From Gonapodya sp. JEL0774 (taxonomy: Eukaryota), in the NCBI GenBank assembly GCA_027604505.1, contig JADIIX010000155.1, forward strand, positions 1-46,761: a stretch of 46,761 nt of DNA. Reading direction: 5' to 3'. A program made the translations under genes and the position numbers. Of this stretch, positions 1 through 10,778 are shown piece by piece (the stretch's first letter is position 1; every line of letters starts with the position of its first letter). The notes under the pieces were generated by a model that was not told the DNA's origin, ran no database searches, and was given only the letters and a program-made list of their open reading frames with translations.

Positions 1-58
1 ATGTGCTGGGAGACGGTTTTAAGTCGCCGAGAATGTGCGTATTATAATTCGATTTCAG

Positions 59-2242
59 TCAACTTTGAAACCCACTAATAAAATGCGACGCCCGCGACCC
101 CTGAAAGACTTCCATACCTATTGCACCATCATTCAAAAAGTGACAGGTACCTGAGACGCGACGCGGAAGACAAAATCAGAAACGACGGCAGCACTAGAGA
201 AACATTCCCGTAGGTCGTGGTCGGTGTCTGGATCATTCAATATATGGTTATCGAAGTCCCTGTTTCGCATTCACAGATTGGACCCCAAACACAACCGAAA
301 AATGAACCAGCTCGACATCAGAACCCGATCCATTTCATCTCTTCATCCTGTGCCTGGCCGCTCAAACTCTTTTCTCCCCTCAGCAGCCGCGCATACTCCT
401 GTTCTACTTGTATCCCAATCGGCATCATCCAGAACTGCAAACTCTCAAAGCCGCATGCACCCTCAAACGCACAATCACCAATACAGATTGGACAGTCGGC
501 TTTTGCCGTCCGCGGTTGGAGCAGCAGTACCGTCGGTGGCTCGAGTAGCTCACGAAGAACATCGCCATACCGGATCAAATCAGGACGTACTCAAACTGTC
601 TCACTTCGTGCTTCAATACCGTAAAACTCTTCCGAACTCAACAGGACTTGATAAATCCAATGCGAGAACATCTGTTTCTTGCCTCGCTTCTTCTTCGAGT
701 TCTGCATTGTCTTCCGCGTCTCCACAATTCAAGGATGACCAGTCTCACTCTCAAGGAAGGCGTGGCTTCAATCATGTAGAACCAATACTGAGTGCGAGCG
801 TTGCAGTGGCTTCCAAGAACAGAAAAGCCCGTTCCCGTGAACGTTCTGACGATGAGTCTGGGCTGTGTGAGCTTAACGATCGACACGGCGAGATGTGCCA
901 ACTTACAGAAATGGATTTTCCTATGAGCAATATGGTGAGTTAAATTTTATGTGCACCTCAGAGCTTTAGCTCGGGAGGAGATGGTACAATAGAACTTGTT
1001 GTATCGGGTTCTTGCACCGTGGCACTACGCTCATCGGAACGGCACAGAATCACTTATTCGCGGCGTGGAAGCACGTGTTGGACCCCCCGTCATGAGATTG
1101 CACAAGTTTCCAGTTGTCGCAAAGACTAACCCATGATTCAACAAAAACACGCACCGACTAAAGCCCCACGTTCGACCGCGGAAATCTGTTAAAGACGCAG
1201 TAAGTTGATTCCATCTACGTTCAAAGCAGGTGGTTTAGCGGATATTGCCCAAATGTGGACTCTACAATTAACGACTGACTCCGTCGTTCAACTGCAATTC
1301 TCAGTCCACGCAAACTACATCACGCTTTGACCCAACGTTCTACACCACCGTGCCCGCCTCCTCCTTCGTTGGTCAGTCACCTTCTCCTCATCTCCTGTAT
1401 CTGTTCCAAGCTGTCACGAGCTCCGATTCCGCTTCAGACGATGATGCGGATACTGCCTCCGGCGTTGACAGTACGAGTAGCACGGAAGGAGGGGACGGTC
1501 ACGATGAAGACAACGTCTTATTTCAAAATGCTCCTGCGGGGAGGAAGCATCCGAACCCTGACGAGATGGCGTTGGGAATTCGGTTTGACCCCTGTGAGTA
1601 AGATATGCAGTTCTGACAGTTTTCGGTTCGTGGGGTGGGGGCTCTGTTTGTTCTGCGATCAGCGCTTGATGCCATAGGCGTGTTACCAAATTTGTCCTTG
1701 ATCATATTCGCCTGTTTCAATCCTTCCAAGCGGTCAATTACGCCTTCCTCTACGCCCGTGATCCTGCCTACTCATTCACGTACCCTTCACGCCCTCCCTC
1801 CCCGCTCTCGAACGGCACCGCATTCTTCACGAACTTGCCACCGGATGGATGTCGCAAGCCTGTTGCTAGATTTGCACATCAGATGGCGAAAGATCTGGGG
1901 TTAGACACGTCTGTCCCGGCGGTGGAAATCGAAGCTATCGCAGCAATAGACTCCAAACGGGCTTGCATATGCGGCTTCGGGCCTGCAGCAGATGCTGATG
2001 ATGCAGCTACGGCCGTTGGAGACGATGACAATGAGACCGTACTGTCTGGAGGTACAACACTTGCCGGAAGTCCCAAAAAGCTCGTGGTGGGCCGCGAGGA
2101 CGACAGAAGTGTAAAGGAAGAGATGGTCGAAAAAGGTCTCCGAAAGAGGAGTGTCGTTCGGTCCCTGTTAGGCGAGAGGGGTCCAGCGCTGATGATCCCA
2201 AGTCCCTGCAGTGCGTTCAAGGCGTTTGACACTATGACCTGA
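59..2242 (+). CDS. Hypothetical Ser/Pro-rich multi-exon protein, probably entering from the left edge
   Basis: Open exon 59-209 joins in phase (CC|gtaggt...cacag|A) to the long open frame 278-934 ending at ATG|gtgagt. Further in-phase exons at ~1164-1199 (gtaagt donor), ~1304-1596 and ~1678-2242 (..RFDPCE/RVTKFVLDHIRLFQSF..AFDTMT*). No recognisable domain; could be two genes. Confidence 0.45.
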
Positions 2243-3639
2243 GACTATGGACATGGCGGGACTGGCGAGTTTGCTTTGCGCATCAACATATGCAGACGAC
2301 AAACTCTACTTTCACTCAACACATATTGTGGCGCAAGCCACGGACAGAAGTCGAAGCACACCAGATACAGTCTTTTAATCATTTTCTGGGGCAAGCTCCC
2401 CTCCTTTTTGTTAAAGAGTTTGTCCACCCCCCGCATGTATTTACTATGTATTAGGAATGAAACGAAGAGAGTGAGAAGAAAGTCGTGATCATTCCTGGAA
2501 GCATAATAATAGTCCACATTCTCCAATGACTTCGAAGAAATCTGCGGGCGCCCCACCGTCAAGTCCGGGCTGGGGAGGGAGGTGTGCATGGAGTGTATGT
2601 AACTGACATAATAGAGCAAAAATGGTCTATTTTAGTCGATCTGTATGACTATGGTGCTCAGACAGATGGTGCTCCAATCTGGATGTAACGTGTTCTCGGC
2701 GTCGGTGGTCAGTTCCAAAACGCATTTATTTTTATGTTTGAAAGGACAATCAATCTAGCTTCAACAATTTTTAGCGCAATCCGTTCGGAATTGCAATGTG
2801 GGGATCCCACTGGACATCTGGTATCTGGTATCTCACTCCAGTGAGGGATTGAGACAAATCACAATCCCCAACCTTCAAAACCAGTCAGGCCAGTACAAAT
2901 TAAATCAAATAAGCTACCCAAGCAGTCTACTTTGGACTTACAGGTCCCAGGTGGTCGGTGGAATTAATGGACGGGTTTGAAAATACCCTAACTGGAGTGC
3001 ATGTAATGAGACAACCCACAACCCAAAAACAGCACGAGCGGCGTCACTTACACATTGCCTCGCCAAGTGCGGTACAAATTTGAGCTCCCACGATCGAACT
3101 CGACTTGTTGAGATGTCGCACATGGTGAGCGCGTTGTTTTTTGTTTGTTGCTTTCGGACACGTACACCTGGTGTACTGGCGGCACCAGATAGGATAGGAG
3201 CCAATACAGTGTACCTGGCGGAAGCCTGCACACGGGTGAATGGGGGCTGTCCTCTGCCACACGCGTGAACGTTCAACACACGTCTGATTGCTCTTATATA
3301 ATAACTTTTTATTCAGTCGACGGAGCAGGGCCTCGAAGTGTGACCCACAGCTCGCGGCATGACCAGCAGTTCGAAAGATCGAGTTCGCTCCACGTTCCGC
3401 GAGCGGAACCCGATCTCGAACAGTATTATCATGTAGCGATCTTTTTGTAGTAATTTAATTTGAGCCAAACTCGAGCACCCTTTGGGCGATCTTTGAGGAG
3501 CGGCTCGCGAGAGCTGATGAGGTAGGCGAAGATCCCGATTCTCCCTCCCCCCATCCATCGTCTTACCGAAGTGAATTGTGCGTTAACATGCTGCAGTGGA
3601 TGGCTTGTGGATGGTAAGAATTGCTACCTGGTTGGCGAG

Positions 3640-4250
3640 TTTATCTTCTGACCTCGATCTCACTGGTGCATCGCGAATGAACTCCATCACGAGTCACCCG
3701 TCACTGTAACTGTGACTTTCTTCGGCATACATGAACAAATTCAATCACGTGGGTCTCATGGTGCGTAAAAAGTCACGGTCGGTGATGGTTTTGACACTCC
3801 TCACCTCAATCGCCACCAACCGGACACCCGTCACTGCAACAGTGACTTTCTTCGGCGTACATGAAGATAATCAATCATGTGGATCTCGTGGTGCGTAAAA
3901 GGTCACTGACCGTGATGAATTTTTTTACCTGGATCGCGCCGATATACATCACCGAATAGACCCCATCATGAGTCACCCGTCACCGGAACAGTGACTTTCT
4001 TCGGCGTCGGCTGACAAAATCAATCATGTGGTTCTAATGGTGAGTAAAACGTCACGGTCAGTGATGCTTTTTTCACTCCTCACCTCGATTGCTGGCAGGT
4101 CGCGAACGAACCTCATCACGAGTCACTCGTCACCGGAACAGTGACTTTATTCGGCTTCGGTAAACAAAATCAATTATGTGGGACTGATAGTGCGTATAAA
4201 GTCATGGTTGGTGATGGATTCTTCACTCCTGACGATCACTGTAGATCACC
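3640..4250. repeat. Tandem array of four diverged ~130-150 bp units (plus a degenerate upstream part), each with an internal imperfect inverted repeat
   Basis: Core GTGACTTT(C/A)TTCGGC at 3712, 3842, 3991 and 4141 (periods 130, 149, 150). The motifs CAAT(C/T)A(C/T)GTGG, GTG(C/A)GTA and GTCA..GTGATG follow in every copy. Confidence 0.92.
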
Positions 4251-4472
4251 GAATGTACAACGCTCTTGTCGAGCTTATCCTTCGTATCGCGGTTCCACGC
4301 CCTCCCGTGCACTTCCATATCGAACAAGCTCAATAATATCTGTCGGCAATAATGGTATCCAGACAAGACGTGCCGTGACGCAACCAAACCTGCAACGGCT
4401 CGCCTGTGACATAGTGTGATGAAAGAGGGCGGAGGATGGGCGGATCCAAGAGCCAGTTCTCGAGCATTTGGG

Positions 4473-6840
4473 ATGGATACTCTAAGTAATCGAGTTCAAC
4501 ACCCCCTGGGTAGGTGAGGAATTTGATCAAGACGGGGATGTCAATTACTGGGGGCAACCATTTTTCCTGTGCAACGTTCTCGATGCAATGGGAGGAATCA
4601 GTGGTTCGGATCATTCTTTTCTCCATTTCTCGGCACTCCAGACTATCGAGCGGTGGACAACTTTTCAACAATGTTGCTCGATACCCTTCATCGGTCACAC
4701 TCCCTAAATCCGAGTCAACTTCCAGTCTAGCCGAGGAATATTATCTCCGCCTTGAGCACAAAAGAGCTATTACCGCACAATTGACTCGCATCTTGCCTCA
4801 AGTTGTCTCTCAGCCATCTACCCTAGGCAAGTTACAAACGTTGTTCCATATCACGATGCTCTTGATTCTCGGCGTGCACATGAAACCCGCAACGGTCGCC
4901 ATGGCAGAATGCATCACTACTGTACGTGTGATGATAACCAGTAGCAGGGGCTCCCTCACTACTTGCTTGCTTGGGAATGTCATCTGGTGTCAGACTGAAT
5001 ATTTTTGTGCGGATTATCCCCAAAGAAGAAACAAAGAAGAAACAAAAATATTCTGACTCGCTGAGTTCTTTGATAGAATGAATGTGGCTTGGATGAACAA
5101 CGAGTATGTTGTTACCCCTTTCGTGCTCTCAACGCTGTCAATTTGATGGTATTCGGTTTCTTTTTCTCCTAAACTTCATTTTTTTCAGCGAACTAGGAAT
5201 ATGCACCACCTCCACAAAGCGCCCAAGTCGCGCCAACGTGCCTGTTTTGATCCACTCGAGCTTTTGCTTTTTCAAGTGTTCGTTAAACTCCCGGTTTTTG
5301 AATCTGCATTTGCCCCGGAATTTGAACATGAATGCTTGATTCATGTTTAGGTCCTGGATTATTTTGTACCCAAATACACCATTGGTGATATTCACAAGAT
5401 TTGCCACGCATTTCAGTCTCCTTTTTGTTCCCTCCTTGGAACGGCGATAAGTTGCCAGAAACTGTCGTTGGAAAAGTTTGTCAGGTACCACAGAAAGCAG
5501 ACTCTGCTGAACATGTTGTGAGTTCCACACAACACGTGCACTGCTGACCGCACCAACAATTGTAGCGATTTTTGTTTCGTCCTTTTGCTTCGGTGGGAAC
5601 TTCACCGAGGCAACGATGTTTAATAAACAATCGAGCAGTGACTCAGGCAGATCAAGAGTGTGATCAAGCTCACCAACGCTGGGCACATGCACAGTGGGTT
5701 CGTCGGCTTCTTAATGTTCACGTTCCCAAGATTCACTTGACGTCTCCCCACAGCCCCTGCACAATCGCCCTCATCTCCCGAACGACCACCCGCAAATCAA
5801 GAATATATCCTTTCCAACAATGCGAGGACATTTCAAATCATTGCAGCCAAAATCTCCGCAACAAATCACCGAATCAGCCACGTGCAGCCGTGCTGCCCCA
5901 GGGTCTGCGCGTCTCCCTCAGCGATCTTCACTCGTTAAAAATATTCGTGACCTTGTGACTCTCTCGAGGGCAACGGATGTTAGATCGTTCACTTAACCAA
6001 GCAGGCGATGTTAGTCCAATCGCGTCTTCATCTTCCACATTGAGAGCCGATTCAGCACTGTAGCACTTCACAGCTTCGGCTTCCTCATGGAGTACTCAAT
6101 CTCCTCATCTCCTTGTCGTTCCACGTCTGTGGAACAACTTTCGTGTTTGAGACTACTTTGCTATCGATCATCACTCATTCTGGATATCAAACTCTCACGT
6201 ATTGGGGTCGTTGTCATGAATGAAAGCGTTAAGCGTGACTGAAATCCGGATACAAGAACAACGCCCGCGGAAAACCAAGGGTACATTGCAACGGAAAGAC
6301 GGCGGACTGGACCAATGCCGATAGTTTGAGTTCGAGATGTCGGATTCGAAGAAATGAAAACTTCAAACTTCGAAGACAACGTTTATTATCACACATCTTC
6401 GTTCCAACGACGACGCACGACTGCTTCAACAGCTTGGCCACACACATGGAGCGGGCCAAAGCACTGAAAGCTCTCCTCCGAAGTGCGCCTGCTATTGCTG
6501 ATAATGAACTGGAAACTGAAGCTAGAGATGTGAGAGTGAGCTGGATATGGTGACTCTGACAACACACAATGGCCGCTGAGTGCAAGAGCTGAGCGGAGTT
6601 CCGTGCTTGTGGGCAGGCATTGCTGTCATTCCTCACTCAAAGAATGCTCCTTTCTCTGTAGCGGAAATGAACCCAGTCCAATTCACCAACTTCCCCATTC
6701 CTCAAGTTGAAAGAACACACCACTGTATGTACGAAGCCTCAGAGTTTTGAGAGCGACACATTTCATGTTGAGATTGAACGGATGGACACATCGTCGCAAC
6801 TCGTTACGTGTAGACAGACGGATAGAGATGCTAGCAGCTG
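4473..6840 (+). CDS. Possible intron-rich gene or pseudogene of unknown function
   Basis: Donor-like sites (AG|gcaagt ~4826, gtatgt ~5104, gtgagt ~5518, gttcgt ~5698, gtgagc ~6536) and pyrimidine-rich acceptors bracket protein-like in-phase segments, e.g. RTRNMHHLHKAPKSRQRACFDPLELLLFQ/VLDYFVPKYTIGDIHKICHAFQSPFCSLLG. A complete model could not be built. Confidence 0.3.
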
Positions 6841-7024
6841 ACGTACTATACCATCACACAATTTAATATCCATTCCAATTTATTTTCTGCACTGCGCGCA
6901 ACGTATCTCACTCATATATTAATATTTGATCCGTCGCATAATTGTGGGCATGTCGCCCGCTGGTGCACGGGCCCGTCCTAACCAGTTCAGGCCGTGACCT
7001 CAAAACATAACTGATGTGGACGTT

Positions 7025-9283
7025 ATGACAACCATTACCCCACGCGAGGCGTGGACAGCCTCTTCAGAGGATGATAGCTACTCAGAATTTAGAGGGCTCT
7101 CCCAGTTTACGCGCCGCGAGAACACGCGATTGGCGTCCTTGCTTGGGAATGGAGGGAGTGTTCAAGGACTGCTTCGGTTAGCATCGAGAAACTTCTCCGA
7201 GAGTGCCCTTCCTCGCCTAGAGAAAGATATTGCTGAGCTGAACAAACTGATGGGTGAGCGCATCGCGGTCCATTTCTCGCGTCGTGTTTAGTGAATACTG
7301 ACGAATCAAATATGGAGACAACGCACGACACATCAATGAGCAAGCAACAAATGCAGACTACTATGACCAGTCCCTTCCTAAGGATACACAGGCAAAGTCA
7401 CAGAGGGGCCGGCCTGATTCTCCTGCGTTCCATCCAAGCTTTGATCGTCCGCCTGGCGTATCATCGTTGACCACCACGGCAACCGTTGTAAAATCCTTCC
7501 GGAAGCCAATTCGCGTGGTAGCGAGCGAACTAGCGAGGAAAATTGAGACGTTGAGGACAAACGCAGCGGAGTGGGAGGCACTGCAAACGAGGGTTGCAGA
7601 TTATTCGAGGCAGGATCGATCGCGCACGGCATCCAAAGTGGACATTATCAAACGAAATAAAGAAGAAGTTGCGATATACGAGGCGGAAAATAGAAAGAAG
7701 CACCAGCTCGAAGTGGTGGGTAGTTCGCTCAAACGTGTATGGAACGTCCTAAGTCAACTCCGAGTTGCCTGGGATCGTCCACGGACAGAAAGCGCTTCAT
7801 GACGCCCACCAACAGCAAGTTCTTGAAAACAGACAAGCGCTCCAAGATGAGAAAGCCGCGTTCCAAGAAAAGGCTGCCCAGCGCGGGTCAACTGTGAGCT
7901 CTTCGCTCGTAAGCTTTGACTGCGAGCATGACCACATTGCCAACGGTATCGGCGGATCAACAGGAAGCTTCGAACAGAGCGAAACAAGAGCTTGCAAAGC
8001 ACCAGGCTTTGCAAAGGAAGTGGTTCTTGACGGTTATTCTCGCAAGTCGATTGTACTGCATTCAAGAAGCGCTCAAGGTACAGTGAAAGCTTTGTTACAG
8101 TAGCACGGTGACGAGCATGCATTGACATATTTGCAGGGAGAGCGCGCGCGTCAGGTTATCCTTCACCGACACCATTCCGCAGCGCGACGAATTCAACGGG
8201 CCTGGCGACATCACAGGGAAGTTTTGGAATCCGAATTGAAAACACGCGCGCTCAGGGTTATATCAAAGTGCGCAGATTTGATCGAATACGGGCCTGCTCC
8301 TTAATTAATCACCTCTGTGCCATGCCCACCCGCCCACCCTCTTCCCGCAAATTTCAATAGGGTTTTCCGAAATTACGTCGGTCGGCGCCGCAAGCTCCAA
8401 CGTGACGAAGCTGCAAATATTATCCGCCAATTTCTTCGTGGAGCCCATGATGTATCCAAGCTTATGCGTGTCATCCAACGGTATCGCCACCTTGTCATCC
8501 GGGCGCAGAGGCTCACCCGGAGGTGGGGAGAGATTGTTCACGCACAAATCCAATTGCTCATAATGCTTTGGGATAAGTGTGAGGTGGTATGGTGGACAGC
8601 GAGGAGAGCCACCGTGGAGGGAAAGGGTGCGGGGGAATCAGAGAGTTCCAGTTCGGCGAAGCGCAGGTGGGTGGGGACCAGATACGAGTACGGGGAAGGG
8701 CTCAAATTCCCGAATTCAATGCTTCTAGGAAAGCCGCTCCTACGAGAGGTAGAACTGCGCAGAAAAAGGACGATTTTTTGCCTATCAAAATACCCGAGTG
8801 TGTTGGACGCAACCCAATAGGCTGTATTCTAAATGTGCTAAGTGGCTTCCGCAATTGCTCATTTAGATCCATAAAAACATCCATTCTAAAGCGAGATCTG
8901 GTTCAGCGAAAGAGAACTCACCGCAAATCACTGACAGAATACGAGCAAAAGCTTGCAGAGCATCGAAGAGAGATTAAAGTAATGAGTTCAAAGCGCATTT
9001 TGCATCAAGGAAGGAGTCTCAAGTGTGTTCTGATTCCGTTCTAGACCAAAATGGGACTTGCTTCAGCCAGGCAGCAGCTTGTGGCAGCTGACACCATAGC
9101 GGCAGAGGCGAGTGACTCCTGTGAGTACTGAAGTAGAACAACACTGTTCTTAGGTTTCTTATTGCAATTGTCTTTGCAGCCGGTGCCGCACCTCGGCAGC
9201 CCTGGTTCAAAGTGCTGCTGACTCAAGCAGAAATGTTTGTGTTGATAGAGCAGGGCTTTATTGAAGCAACAAAGAATGCGTAA
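7025..9283 (+). CDS. IQ-motif/coiled-coil protein (about 10 exons), possibly flagellum-associated
   Basis: Hand-spliced exons with GT-AG boundaries give MTTITPRE...KLM/DYYDQSLPK..., an IQ motif SAARRIQRAWRHHR, degenerate IQ-like AANIIRQFLR and VIRAQRLTRRW, and end ..EQGFIEATKNA* (TAA 9281-9283). Confidence 0.7.
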
Positions 9284-9410
9284 TTTTTGACCTATGTATT
9301 GGTGGTTTGTTCGATTGTGAATGAATATAATCTTGGAAAGCGGTGCCTGGAATTGCTGTGTGTGCCACGAGGAGAGCACCAATTTCACTTGAAGCTCATC
9401 ACGGCACCGA

Positions 9411-10565
9411 ATGGGAGCAGACGACGGTCCTTCCGAACCCGACCAACGACAAGCATCCGATGGAGACTTGGACATAAAGAAGAACAGGCTCGTGTTCATG
9501 CTTTCTGAGGCACGCCGTCCTATGGTGCACTGAACTCTTGTACTTGGACGCTTCATCGGTCTCTCGGAATTTCAGCGTCGTACTCAAGGTGGGAATGGTA
9601 GGAGACAGTCAAATTGGAAAGACGTCACTGATGGTGAAGTACGTGGAGGGCTCTTTTGACGATGACTACATTCAGACGCTGGTAAGTGGAGAGCGCTGCC
9701 TTGAACGCGCTCGTCAATGGTGACTCTTGCTGTTGCCACGATCACTAGGGCGTCAATTTTATGGAGAAGACTATCTCTATCCGGAATACTGACATAACCT
9801 TCTCTATATGGGATCTTGGAGGTAGATTGTTGGCTGTGCCCGCTACCGCAAGCATCGATTCCACCCCCACCCCACTCCTTTTCTTGCAGGTCAGAAAGAG
9901 TTCGTTAACATGCTGCCACTTGTGTGCAACGACGCGGTTGCGATACTTTTCATGTTCGACCTTTCCCGGAAGTCAACACTAAACAGGTGGAGTACAGCAC
10001 CAACTGCATCCAATTAATGCTTTCCCCCTCATTTTTTAATAAATTCTTGTCATTACATAATTCTTGATAATTCTGAAGTGTGAAAGAATGGTACCGGCAG
10101 GCGCGAGGATTCAACAAAGTAGGGATATGCTGGCGTGGTGTACGGAGCTCGTCACTTAAATCGATTCCCATTGGCTGTGATTTCAGACCGCGATTCCGTT
10201 TTTAATTGGAACTAAATTCGACCAGTTCAGTGCATTTCCACGGGAGGAGCAAGAAGAAATTACGAAACAGGTGCTGTTGAATCAAACGCATGTTGAGAGT
10301 GTCATGTTAACCTCATGCTCTTTCACCTAGGCCCGAAAATTTGCAAAAGCAATGAAAGCACCGCTAATATTCTGCTGTGAGTAGCTCTGTGGCGTCGCAG
10401 AGCACTGTCGTCTAGCTGCCAACAGCTCTGCGAACTTTTGAAACAGCGACATCACACTCCATTAACGTGCAAAAAATCTTTAAAATTGTTCTGAGTAAAG
10501 CATTCGACTTGAAGTGCAACATTCCTTGCATTAGCAACTACGGCGAGCCCATTCTAGAATATTAA
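9411..10565 (+). CDS. TEM1: Tem1/Spg1 small GTPase of the mitotic exit/septation initiation network (8 exons)
   Basis: Spliced product [120 protein letters not shown]...STSHSINVQKIFKIVLSKAFDLKC...GEPILEY*, closely matching S. pombe Spg1. Confidence 0.97.
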
Positions 10566-10778
10566 TATATATCTTCACGTAGAATCTCATTCCACTTTGC
10601 TGGAGTCGGGATTTGACTTATGATAAAGATGAAAGAGGAGGGACGGGGGGGAGGGGTGAAAAAGGGAGGAGAGGGGGAGAAGGGAGAGAGCGGGGAATGG
10701 GCGCTGCTTTGCATGCTTGCAGTGCACCACATACTTTTGACAATCGCGGAACGGCGCTTCACGAGATCGGACCCAACG

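Noticed and set aside
1879..2619. Minus-strand ORFs with a faint E2F/DP-like phrase (NALNALQGLGII)
   Set aside because: No RRxYD core. The plus strand gives a coherent spliced frame, so these look like antisense shadows.
3640..4250. Array as a CRISPR locus
   Set aside because: Eukaryotic context, units ~150 bp and diverged, linkers homologous to each other, no cas genes.
4330..5692. Minus-strand ORFs (122, 63 and 184 aa) as a transposase
   Set aside because: No DDE, RT or helicase motifs recognised, and splice signals favour the plus strand.
9041..9556. 171-aa minus-strand ORF
   Set aside because: Antisense to the IQ-gene end and TEM1 start; no domain.
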